NCBI GenBank assembly: GCA_951406725.2
Contig: OX597817.1
Coordinates: forward strand, 170,438,001-170,502,000
Source of the DNA: Octopus vulgaris
Lineage: Eukaryota
Length of the DNA stretch: 64,000 nt
Direction of reading: 5' to 3'
In this document: one piece after another, positions 1-11,435 of the stretch
Layout of the letters: every line of letters begins with the position of its first letter
Position numbering within the stretch: the stretch's first letter is position 1
Notes under the pieces: generated by a model
What the model saw: the letters and a program-made list of their open reading frames with translations, nothing else
Databases searched by the model: none
Told to the model about the DNA's origin: nothing
Position numbers and translations under genes: made by a program

Positions 1-199
1 CACTTGGGATATACCAGAAACAGCTGTAAGATCTCAACTAATTTAAGAATAATATAAAATAATGTATATGACTAGAGATGCTTGTTTGGTCTTGGTATTT
101 GTTGTCCTCTTTCACAAATATATATCTGCTAAGTTAAATCAGCAACCTAAAATGGATCCATAGCTCCCATCTCAGTTATGAGCTTGAAACCCTAATATA

Positions 200-600
200 G
201 GCGCAGGAGTAGCTGTGTGGTAAGTAGCTTGCTTACCAACCACATGGTTCTGGGTTCAGTCCCACTGCGTGGCATCTTGGGCAAGTGTCTTCTGCTATAG
301 CCCCGGGCCGACCAATGCCTTGTGAGTGGATTTGGTAGATGGAAACTGAAAGAAGCCTGTCGTACATATGTATATATATATGTGTGTGTGTGTGTGTTTG
401 TGTGTCTGTGTTTGTCCCCCTAGCATTGCTTGACAACCGATGCTGGTGTGTTTACATCCCCGTCACTTAGCGGTTCGGCAAAAGAGACCGATAGAATAAG
501 TACTGGGTTTACAAAGAATAAGTCCCGGGGTAGATTTGCTCGACTAAAGGCGGTGCTCCAGCATGGCCACAGTCAAATGACTGAAACAAGTAAAAGAGTA
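200..600 (+). mobile_element. tRNA-derived SINE family A, full length (~400 bp; probably one of the described octopus tRNA-SINEs such as the OK family)
   Basis: Head GGCGCAGGAGTAGCTGTGTGG with A-box-like motif and B-box GGTTCAGTCCC; CORE-like CTTGGGCAAGTGTCTT; internal (TA)n(TG)n tract; tail ...GACTGAAACAAGTAAAAGAGTA. About 20 full or partial copies in the window. Confidence 0.9.
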
Positions 601-838
601 ATCCGTTACAACACTCACCCAGTGTACTTATTTGCTTAGATCCCCAGTGAACTAAACCCACATATTCTATATATGTGCATATATATACACACATCTATAC
701 ACTTCTATATATAAAGTGTGTGTATATATATGTACAAATATGTATGTATAAATGTGTATATATGTGTGTGTATACATATATATATAAAGTGTATAGATGT
801 GTGTATATATATATATATGTACATATATCTATGTATAA

Positions 839-888
<50 letters not shown>

Positions 889-1427
889 GTATGTCTTGTC
901 ACTGTAAACAGTGAGATATTAAATCTTTTTATCACTTTGTTGGGAACAGTAAGATATCTTACGAGATATTTCCTATCATGTTATTCAAATCGTTGACTAT
1001 CTTGTGCGGTATATTTTAAACTAGAAGCTGCACGGTAGATTCTGTTTATTTCTACTGGAACTTCAATGATATTGTTTGATATAAACAAAGGCAGTAAAAG
1101 AAAGGCATAACTGTAACAAATTAAGACACTTTATTTATTTTTTTTTTCCAAAGGTTTTATGACTATAATTTTATTAGATCAGCATTATCAAACTAATGCA
1201 ATTGTTACCATGGTTACAGAATGGGGGGGGGGGGCAGATGGAGAAACGCAATTCTTCAGCTATTATTCTTTTATACATAGCCGTGTTTACTATAAAAAGT
1301 ATTGAATACAAGGGAGGAACAAGCAAGCATGGACAGAGACACAAGCACGCATACATCAGTTTTCATAGATTCATATCTATATATTTATCTATGTTTGCAT
1401 AAATACAAACACACACACATTTATTTG

Positions 1428-1763
1428 TAGGTGTAGGTGTGGCAAGAGGTTTCCTTCCCAATCACATGGTTCCAGGTTCAGTCCCACTTGTTAGTGTATT
1501 TGACTGAAGGAAACTGAAAGAAGCCTGTCGTATATATGTATATATGTATGTGTTTGTGTGTCTGTGTTTGTCCTCTTAGCATTGCTTGACAACCGATGCT
1601 GGTGTGTTTACATCCCCGTCACTTAGCGGTTTGGCAAAGGAGACTGATAGAATAAGTACCGGGCTTACAAAAAATAAGTCCCGGGGTTGATATGCTCGAC
1701 TAAAGGCGGTGCTCCAGTATGGCCGCAGTCAACTGACTGAAACAAGTAAAAAAAAAAAAAAAA
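1428..1763 (+). mobile_element. SINE family A, partly deleted head
   Basis: Body and tail match 200-600; ends in an A run. Confidence 0.85.
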
Positions 1764-2296
1764 TCATGGAAGCAGTGACCTTTGTTTCCAGTCTTCTGTG
1801 AAAACATGTCTGGTCACTTGGAAACAGGTGAAGGTTGGCGAAAGGAAGGATGTGCAGCTGCAGAAAGTCTCCCTCAATAAATTTTGTCTGACCCATGCAG
1901 GCAAGGAAATGAGGACGTTAAGATGATGATAACAATGATTTCATTTCACCTAAACACACATCTCTGCATATATACACAGACATTTGAATGGAACGGATAT
2001 GAATAGATAGATGATAGATGTATACATAGGCATGCCTGTTTATGCATACAAATATCTGTGTGTGTGTGTGTGGTGTACTCGAATTGATTGATGTCTTTCA
2101 GAATCTTGCCATTGCGTACGGCAAAGAAACCTTTCAGAAAGTCAACTTTTAGAGATGCAAATGGATTCAGTCCCTTGTTGCAGTCATGTTAACATTCTTG
2201 CCAACATGCAATGCGACACACTGAAGAGTTTGGCAGCTGATTGGATATTGATTATGTCACCAAATATTACAAGGTCATCAGCACTCACACATACAC

Positions 2297-2348
<52 letters not shown>

Positions 2349-2409
2349 CCCATGCTAGCATGGAAAACGGACGTTAAACGATGATGATGATGATGATGAT
2401 GATGATGTA

Positions 2410-2742
2410 TATTAGATCGTTACCAGCATCGCCTTACTGGCACGGGAAAAAACATTCGAGTGAGATCATTGCCAGTGCCGCTTGACTGGCTCCTGTGTAG
2501 GCGGCACGTAAAAAACACCATTTGAATGTACAGCCAGTACTGCCTGACCGGCCCTCGTGCCAGTGGCACGTAAAAGCACCCTCTATACTCTTGGAGTGGT
2601 TGACGTTAAGAAGGACATCCAGCTGTAGTAACTCTGCCAGATCAGATTGGAGCCTGGTGCAGCCGTCTGATTCGCCAGTCCTCAGTCAAATCGTCCAACC
2701 CATGCTAGCATGGAAAGCGGATGTTAAACGATGATGATGATG

Positions 2743-2745
<3 letters not shown>
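2410..2745 (+). mobile_element. SINE-like family C with (TGA)n tail
   Basis: GGAGTGGTTG(G/A)CGTTAAGAAGGACATCCAGCTGTAG...AACCCATGCTAGCATGGAAAGCGGATGTTAAACGATGATGATG; internal GGCACGTAAAA repeats; about 15 copies in the window. Confidence 0.85.
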
Positions 2746-2782
<37 letters not shown>

Positions 2783-2883
2783 GAGATGTTTTGGTATCCA
2801 GAAGACCCAAAAAGCAAGTAAGGTGTTAAGCTCCTGGTTCAATAGTAGCATGAGTGAGGAATCTAAGGCAGGTTGTATATGAG

Positions 2884-3289
2884 TGTGTATATGTTAAATA
2901 AGATAATATAACAAGGCCAAGGCAGTTTGATATTCCTATGACATTTATAAATAGAGAGTTGGCCTTACAGCTGTTTCAGGGAAATAAGTGATATCCCATC
3001 ATCAGCAACTTTAACATCCAACATGTATTCTTATTTTCATATACTCTTTTTATACTTTCTGCTTTATATCAAATTTCTTGTATATCTCTCCTTCTCCAGA
3101 GTAACTTCTTCAAAAAAAAAAAAACAAAGAACTTTACTAATTCTTTCTATTGAAGCTCTTTTAACTCGTCTCTGCCGATGGGATAGCACTTATTTCCCTG
3201 AAGCCACTGTAAGACCACCTTTCTGTTTATAAATGTCCCAGGAATATCAAATTACCTTGGCCTTGTTATCTTATTTAACACGCATATAC
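2884..3289. repeat. Inverted repeat (~120-bp arms) with a hammerhead-like motif in each arm; Penelope-like pLTR relic
   Basis: 2884-3005 is an imperfect reverse complement of 3172-3289; the minus arm reads CTGATGA..GAAACAGCTGTA and the plus arm carries a mutated version. Confidence 0.7.
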
Positions 3290-3840
3290 ACATCATCATC
3301 ATCACCATTATCATTTAATGTCCATGCGGGCATGGGTTGGACAGTTTGACAGGAACCGGCTAGGCAGGAGCCTGCATCAAACCTCTGTGCTGTCCAAGAA
3401 TTTGGACATGGAGATCTCCATTCCAGCGACTTCGAGGGCCACCTCCCAGTGGTGTCAGGCATCAACGAAGAGCCCTCGACTACAACAAGACGGCCAAAGT
3501 TTCTTTTTCCAAGGTCTGGGGGTCTCCCGCCCCTAAACCCTAGACCATTACCTAATCACCCTTACTCGTCTTGTTGCTTAACAACAACAATAACAACAAC
3601 AACAATCAGACTTCTGTCTCTTTTGGCATTGATTTTATGGCTGGGTGCCCTTTCTAACACCAACTACCCCACAGAGTGGACTGGGTGCTTTTTATGAGGC
3701 ACTAGCACTGGTGGGGTCAGTTTCAGCATGGTTTTTACAGCTGGATGCCCTTCTAAATGCCAACCACTTCACAGTATGGACTGGATGCTTTTATAGATGG
3801 CACCAACACTGGCAGTGTCACCAAATAACTTGCAAGACAT
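3290..3840 (-). mobile_element. SINE family C, interrupted by a (CAA)n-tailed insert at ~3390-3604
   Basis: (CAT)n then TTTAATGTCC..GCATGGGTTGGAC; resumes ~3605 with two copies of the CTGG(A/G)TGCCCTT unit. Confidence 0.75.
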
Positions 3841-4093
3841 ATATATATATATGAATGTATGTATTAATACATTATAACTGAAAGGCTCTGATTTCTAGTA
3901 CTCAGAGAGTTACTAGTTTCCAGTCATCAGCTGGTAGATTGAGCCTGGTATATATATAGGCTTGTCTGTGTGGTTAAGAAGCTTTAACAGTAAGATCTTG
4001 TGTTCAGTCCCATACTGTGGGGGTCCTTGGACAAGTGTCTTCTATTATAGAAAACCAGAGTCTTCTGAGTGGATTTGGTAAACAGAAATTGAA

Positions 4094-4326
4094 AGGCAGC
4101 GAGCTGGCAGAAATGTTAGCACGCCGGGCGAAATGCTTAACGGTATTTCGTTTGCCGCTACGTTCTGAGTTCAAATTCCGCCGAGGTCGACTTTGCCTTT
4201 CATCCTTTCAGGGTCGATTAAATAAGTACCAGTTACGCACTGGGGTCAATATAATCGACTTAATCCGTTTGTCTGTCCTTGTTTGTCCCCTCTGTGTGTA
4301 GCCCCTTGTGGGCAGTAAAGAAATAA
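4094..4326 (+). mobile_element. tRNA-derived SINE family B nested in a family A copy
   Basis: GGCAGCGAGCTGGCAGAAATG head, B-box GTTCAAATTCC, central GACTTTGCCTTTCATCCTTTCAGGGTCGATTAAATAAGTACC; TSD AGAAATTGAAAG on both sides. Confidence 0.9.
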
Positions 4327-4748
4327 GAAATTGAAAGAAGCCTTCTATATATATCTGTGTGTGTGTGTTTGTGTGTAGTCTTGTCTTATCACCTTTTGCT
4401 GAGTGTAAATGAGCAACACTGTGATAGAAGTGATTTCCAATCATCCATGAAAGGTGTATCTGGCTGTGGGGAAATATTACCTTGGTTGAAAACAGATAAG
4501 GGTTGGTGACAGAGAGGACATGTGGGTGTTGAAAACCTGCCTCAGCAAATTTTGTTTGTCTCATGCAAGCATGGAAAAGTTGATGTTAATTAAAATAATG
4601 CACACACACACACACTCGCACACAAATAGGTTTACATACCACCTATGCATACATACACAGATATACGACCATACCTGTACAGACACAGGTGTATCGTTGG
4701 CAATTTTCTTTCTCTGTCTTCCCTTCCTTGGACCTTCCCTTTTTCAAT

Positions 4749-4783
4749 GTTTCTGATGAAGAGCTCCGCTCGAAACGTTAAAT
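4749..4783 (+). ncRNA. Minimal type I hammerhead ribozyme-like motif
   Basis: GTTT-CTGATGA-A-GAGC(TCC)GCTC-GAAA-CG-TT-AAAT: canonical core, 4-bp stem II, palindromic ACGT stem III, stem I GTTT/AAAT. Confidence 0.6.
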
Positions 4784-4905
4784 CCTCCTTTGTCCTTTCC
4801 TTTCCTGAGCATCCAATAACACTGTACTTGTTCCATGTCCTCACATTGTTATGTTTTCTCTTTGTTCAAGTTTGGATTAACTATATATATATATATATAT
4901 ATATA

Positions 4906-5301
4906 TCTTTATATATAAAAGTGAAGTTGTGTGTCTGTCTCCTACGATTTAGATTCCTAACTACTCCCACATTTTGCGGTGCATTTAACCAAAACCGGGT
5001 ATCTTATAGTCGTGATTCATATCGAGCCCTTCTGGGTATTAGCGCGCGTCTACGATGAGTCTACAATTTAAAAAAAAAATTTACCATCATTTTTTCCCTT
5101 TTAATGCGTTTTTTCGCTATTATATAAGGGACGTAACTCTCTAAAAATGTCTACGATGAGTCAACGATTTAAAAAAAATTACCATCATTTTTTATTCCAT
5201 TTTTAATGCATCTTTTTGTTATTTTTTTGCTATAACTCACTAAAGATGCTTATATAGTTATTTCCCTTACAAACCCGAGCAATGCCGGGCGATACTGCTA
5301 G
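4906..5301 (+). mobile_element. Non-autonomous Helitron family H1
   Basis: A|TC 5' terminus, CTAG|T 3' terminus, subterminal hairpin CCCGAGCAATGCCGGG, no TSD; further copies at 38242-38639 and 61641-62039. Confidence 0.85.
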
Positions 5302-5425
5302 TATATATATATATTTAAAATCACAATAAGGGTGAAAAAATTGAATATTAATTAATAACATCAATTTAAAACACCAAGTGGTCTAGCGTAAAAAAAAACT
5401 GTGATACAGTAAAAATTATTAATAC

Positions 5426-5792
5426 AAGCAATAAGAGAGGGACCACATGTGGTCACTCTAACGCTAGAAATAGATCCGCAAAGGGAATCCACCACTAAAG
5501 AATTGTTCTCAAGCATTAATTCATTCAACACGTCAAGAAATGTAAGCGGGCAGGACAAATGAAAAATAACGAAAAAATGGATTAACTCTATACAATTGTT
5601 TCATTGTTAATAGATTGTGTAATTTTACTTACAAATCATTTTCGAATCCTCGGTAGAGTATATCAAAAATATAATTTGCTGAACCGGACGCCAAAATCAA
5701 TACGAAGCCGAGCAAAGGATTAGTGGTGGATTCCCTTTGCGGATCTATTTCTAGCATTAGAGTGACCACATGTGGTCCCTCTCTTATTGCTT
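5426..5792. repeat. 73-bp near-perfect inverted repeat with ~220-bp spacer; possible Penelope-like element relic
   Basis: 5426-5498 is the reverse complement of 5720-5792 (one mismatch seen); the spacer reads LTFLDVL on the minus strand, resembling the PLE RT motif LPFLDV; flanked by (TA)n. Confidence 0.75.
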
Positions 5793-5817
5793 ATATATAT
5801 ATATATATGCATATATA

Positions 5818-5854
<37 letters not shown>

Positions 5855-5859
<5 letters not shown>

Positions 5860-6068
5860 GGACGCCATGATAGATCGTTAGCTACTACACAGATAGATTT
5901 TTTTTCTCTCCTTGTTTCTCTCCTTGTTTTCTGTGTCCCTTTCTGTAGAAGGTCGTAGGCTCGAAACGTAAAAGACTTTTTCTATTCCTGAGCATTATAC
6001 TAATACATCTGTTTGTTTTGTACACCACCTGTCTTCGTCTTTTGTTATTTTTTTCGTAAACTCTCCCT
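5855..6068 (+). mobile_element. Short (TA)n-flanked repeat with a hammerhead-like motif (Penelope-like terminal repeat)
   Basis: CTTT-CTGTAGA-A-GGTC(GTAG)GCTC-GAAA-CG-TA-AAAG at 5939-5974; related to ~4690-4880 (+) and to a 3' piece at ~6457-6540 (-). Confidence 0.55.
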
Positions 6069-7199
6069 ATATATATATATATATATAGGTATATCTTTTA
6101 ATCTTTGAATTTGCATTACTTTTCCATTGTGATGCAAATAAAATCAACCATACATCTGTTATATATTTTTTCTTCTCCATTCTCTTTTATTAAATTTTTA
6201 GTGTGTGTGTATGTATATTTGTGTGTGTGTATGTATATTTGTGTGTGTGTGTCAGTGAACAGGTCACGGTCTCACAGTAACAAAAATATTTTGGCAAATA
6301 AAATTTAAATGCTGAAGCGAATCTAACAGTTTTTTGTGTGTTTTTAAATGGCTTAAAAATACCTTCCATGCTGCAATTGTTTTTGTTTCAGCACACGATC
6401 TCAGATCAGGTCACTTGCTATGCAAGTACATCTCCGTAATATATATATATGTATATATAGTTCAAATTTACAGAAAATAAAAGATGAAGACAGGTGAGGG
6501 AACAACAAGTGGGTGTATTAGTTTGACACTTGGGAAGAGAGAGAGAGTATGTGCAATTATGCCTAGACATATATATATATATATATATGTATACACAGAC
6601 ACACACACATACATACTAACTCATCTGAAATGTGATATGAGTAAACATGCAGGTAAAGTGTAAAAAAAAAACCTTAACATTGTTCAGGTGAGTGTAACGC
6701 TGACCGGCATTTCTCAATATGCAATAAAAATTGGATTTCATGAACTGTGAAAAGGATTATAACAAATCAGAAGTGGGTGGCAATCAAAATCGATGGGACA
6801 TCCATCATGTTTGTGAGTGTGTGTGTGTGTGTGTGTGTGCATCTGTGTGTGTTACAAGAGTAAAGTGTAATATATATATGCACCACATCTATATTTGCGT
6901 ATATACCACATCGCTATTCTGTGCATATGCTGCACATCTGTATACTGTACATATACACCATATGTGTATACTGTACACATGTATGTATTCTACACATATT
7001 TTATTCATGAAACACGCATACACACATGCATATCTGTGTGTGTGTGTGTGTGTGCGTGTGTGTGTGTATATATATACACACATATATATACACACACACT
7101 CTCACACTGTGCTCATGTTTCTACACACACAGATCATATCCTTACGCCTATTGAGCATATTTATACAAACTAGATATAGCAGATCTATATATACTATAC

Positions 7200-7208
7200 A
7201 TATGCAGC

Positions 7209-7276
<68 letters not shown>

Positions 7277-7290
7277 TCATCATCATCATG

Positions 7291-7324
<34 letters not shown>

Positions 7325-7341
7325 CATCATCATCATCATCA

Positions 7342-7397
<56 letters not shown>

Positions 7398-7472
7398 CAT
7401 CATCATCATCATCATGATATATATATATATATATATACATACATACATATATATATATATCATCATCATCAT

Positions 7473-7507
<35 letters not shown>

Positions 7508-7604
7508 ATACATATATATATATATCATCATCATCATATATATATATATATATACATACATATATATATATCATCATCATCATCATATATATATATATAT
7601 ATAC

Positions 7605-7635
<31 letters not shown>
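7200..7635. repeat. Higher-order compound microsatellite of alternating (TA)n and (TCA)n blocks
   Basis: Six blocks of (TA)n followed by (TCA)n in series. Confidence 0.9.
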
Positions 7636-8294
7636 ACTCCCCAGCTTACCAATTTTCAGTCAGACCATACAACCCATACTAGCATGGAAAACGGACATTG
7701 AATGATGATGTCTATATATATATATATATATATACACTGTACAGTAAAATGTACTCACATGATACAAATTTATATACACTACACAGCAGTACTAAGAATC
7801 TGTAAGCAGTTCATCCCAGTACTTATTGAACTGCACTACATTATTATTCAATAACGAAAATAACACCCCCCCCCAAGATCCGTCGTTTTGTTAATGAGCT
7901 CTAATTTAGGCACAAGGGGCATAGAATATATTTCCGTCTCACAATCCATGCATCATCTGTAATATAAATTCCATGTCATAATTCCCATCAACATCTTTTG
8001 TCTGCTGTCTTTTACTTGTTGAAGTCATTGGACTACTGCCATGCTGGAGCATCATCTTGACAGGTTGTACAAATTGAACCTGGGCCTTGTTTTTTTTTTT
8101 TGGTTTTTTGTTTTTTTTTCATTTATAAATCTGGTACTTATTCTATTAGTGTCTTTTGCTGAACCACTAAGCTATGGGAACGGACACACACCAATGTCAC
8201 TTGTAAAGCAGTGGTAGTGGAACACACACAACATGAAGAACACTAACATTCATACCTACATACATGCATATGCATATATGCATGCACACATATA

Positions 8295-8700
8295 GGCACA
8301 GGAGTGGTTCTGTAGTAAGTAGCTTGCTTACCAACCACATGGTTCCGGGTTCAGTCCCACTGCGTGGCACCTTGGGCAAGTGTCTTCTCCTATAGCCTCG
8401 GGCCGACCAAAGCCTTATGAGTGGATTTGGTAGATGGAAACTGAAAGAAGCCTGTTGTATGTGTGAGTGTGTGTGTCTGTGTGTGTATCTATGTGTTTGT
8501 GCGTCTGTGTTTGTCTCCCCACATTTTTTGACAACCGATGCTGGTGTGTTTAAATGCCCGTCACTTAGCGGCTTGGCAAGAGTGACCGATAGAATAAGTA
8601 CTAGGCTTACAAAGAATAAGCCTTGGGGTCGATTTGCTTGACTAGAGGCGGTGCTCCAGCATGACCACAGTCAAATGATTGAAACAAGTAAAAGAATAAA
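8295..8700 (+). mobile_element. SINE family A, full length
   Basis: Head, body and tail match 200-600. Confidence 0.9.
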
Positions 8701-9084
8701 AACACATGATGGGCTTCTTCAAATTTTTTGTCTACGGAATTCAGTCACCAGGTATTGGTCCCTTGGGGCTGTAGTAGATGCTTCTCCGAGGCATTGCACA
8801 TTGGAACTGAACCCAAAACCACAAGTTTGCAAGTTTGCCTTGTGGTATTTAGTTTCTTTTCCTTATGTTCAGAGTTCAAATCCAATGGGAATCCACTTTA
8901 CTCTGTACAATCTTTTCAAGGTTAAGAAAATAAGTACCACTGCAAGCACAGGGGTCAGTTGTATTAGCCCTATCTTTCTAAATCCATGCCTTTGTCCCTT
9001 TGTTAGAACTCATTCTAAATGTGAAGGAGCAAGGATAGGGGGATATTTTCTTCAGGGAATGAAACACATTGTTTATTGTATGTA

Positions 9085-9385
9085 TCATCATCATCATCAT
9101 CATCGTTTAACGTCCGTTCTCCATGCTAGCATGGGTTGGATGGTTCGACCGGGGATCTGGGAAGCCAGAAGGCTGCCCCAGGCTCCAGTCTTATCTGGCA
9201 ATGTTTCTACAGCTGGATGCCCTTCCTAACGCCAACCACTCCGTGAGTGTAGTGGGTGCTTTTTACGTGCCACCTGCACAGGTGCCAGGTGAGGCTGGCA
9301 ACGACCATGGTTGGATTGGTGTATTTTACGTGCCACCGGCACGGAAGCCAGTCGAGACGGCGCTGGCATCGGCCATGAGTCGGAT
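9085..9385 (-). mobile_element. SINE family C
   Basis: (CAT)n-CGTTTAACGTCCG...CTGGATGCCCTTCCTAACGCCAACCACTCC with two TTTTACGTGCCACC units. Confidence 0.85.
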
Positions 9386-9618
9386 ACTGTGATTATTTGT
9401 ATAGTATATCTTTTATCTTTTACTTGTCTCATTCATTATACTGTGGCCATGCTGGGGCACTGCGTTGAAGATTTTTTTTAGTTGAATAAATCAATCCCAG
9501 TACATTTTTTTTTTGTGAGACTTATTTTGTTGTAAGACTTGTAAGACTTTTGTAAAACTTATTTTGTTGGTCTCCTTTGCTGAACGACTATATTATGGGA
9601 ACTTAAAGACACCCCATA

Positions 9619-10275
9619 GGCACAGGAGTGGATGTGTGGTAAGAAGCTTGCTTCCCAACCATATGGTTCCGGGTTCAGTCCCACTGCATGACACTTTGGG
9701 CAAGTGTCTTCTACTATAGCCTCGGGTCGACCAAAGCTTTGTGAGTGGATTTGGTAGGCAGAAACTGAAAGGAGCCCATTGTATATATATATATATATAA
9801 AGCACCATCCGATCATGGTCGATGCCAGCCTCCTCTAGCCCCTGTGCTGGTGGCATGTAAAAAGCACCTACTACACTCTCAGAATGGTTGGTGTTAGGAA
9901 GGGCATCCAGCTGTAGAAACACTGCCAGGTCAGACTGGAGCTTGGTGCAACCTCCTGGCTTCCCAGACCCCAGTCGAACCATCCAACTCATGCCAGCATG
10001 GAAAACAGACATTAAACAATGATGGTGATATGTATGTATGTATGCATGTATGTATGTATGTATTTGTGTGTGTGTGTTAGTTCCCTCCACCATTGCTTGA
10101 CAACTGATGTTAGTGTTTTTCCGTCCCTGTAACTTAGCAGATCAGCAAAAGAAACTGATAGAATAAGTATCAGGCTTATAAAGAATAAGTCCTGAGGTGG
10201 ATTTGTTCAACTAAAGGCAGTGCTCCAGCATGGCCGCAGTCAAGCAGCTGAAACAAGTAAAAGAATAAAAGAATT
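9619..10275 (+). mobile_element. Composite: SINE A head, family C body (~9800-10025), SINE A tail
   Basis: A head to GAAACTGAAAG, then a C module in place of the internal microsatellite, then the A tail. Confidence 0.8.
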
Positions 10276-10679
10276 AAAATACCACCACTGGTTGTCAGAT
10301 GGGGTGGGGAACAAAATACAGACATAAAGACACACACACACGTATTTATGTGATGGATTTCTTTTGTTTTCCATCTGTCAAATCCACTCACAAGGCTTTA
10401 GTTGACCTGAGGCTAGAGTAGAAAACACTTGCTCAAGGTGCCACACAGTGAGAGACTGAACCCAGGACCATGTGGTTGGTAAGCAAGCTTCTTACCACAT
10501 AGCCACCCCTGCACCTATGTAGATACGTTATATACAGTTTGTGTAGAAATGTATTGTGTATATATGTAAAGCGTAAGATGCGATCTATATCTACACTATA
10601 TAGATATGAGGTATGTGTGCAGTATATAAATATGACATATATATATATAGTTTATAGATGTGGCATATACGCTTTTACG

Positions 10680-10871
10680 CTTTTATTTGTTTCAGTCATT
10701 TGACTGCGGCCATGCTGGAGCACCGCCTTCAGTCAAGCAAATCGACCCCGGGACTTATTCTTTGTAAGCCTAGTACTTATTCTATCGGTCTCCTTTGCCG
10801 AACCGCTAAGTTACGGGGACATAAACACTCCAGCATCGGTTGTCAAGCGATGTTGGGGGGAACACACACAG

Positions 10872-10936
<65 letters not shown>

Positions 10937-11098
10937 TACGACAGTCTTTCAGTTTTCATCTACCAAATCCACTCACAAGGCTTTGGTCGGCCCGAGGCTA
11001 TAGTAGAAGACACTTGCTCAAGGTTCCACGCAGTGGGACTGAACCCGGAACTATGTGGTTGGTAAGCAAGCTACTTACCACACAGCCACTCCTGCGTC
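10680..11098 (-). mobile_element. SINE family A, full length
   Basis: Reverse complement of the family A consensus; a further partial minus copy lies at ~10300-10520. Confidence 0.9.
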
Positions 11099-11190
11099 TA
11101 TATGTACTGTATATATAGATGTGATGTTTATGTACAATGTATAGATATGGGGAATATAATATATAGATGTGATGTATATACACAGCATAT

Positions 11191-11435
11191 AGGCGGCGAG
11201 CTGGCAGAAACGTGAAATGCTTAGGGTGAAATGCGCTGGGTGAAATGCTTAGCGGTATTTCATCTGTGGTTAAGTTTTGAGTTCAAATTCCGCTGAGGTC
11301 AATTTGCCTTTCATCCTTTCGGGGTCGATAAATAAAGTACCAGTTATGCACTGGGGTTGATATAATCGACTTAATCCCTTTGTCTGTCCTTGTTTTTCCT
11401 CTCTATGTTTAGTCCCTTGTGGGCAATAAAGAAAT
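11191..11435 (+). mobile_element. SINE family B
   Basis: GGCGGCGAGCTGGCAGAAACG head with a local GTGAAATGC triplication; conserved central domain and tail. Confidence 0.85.
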
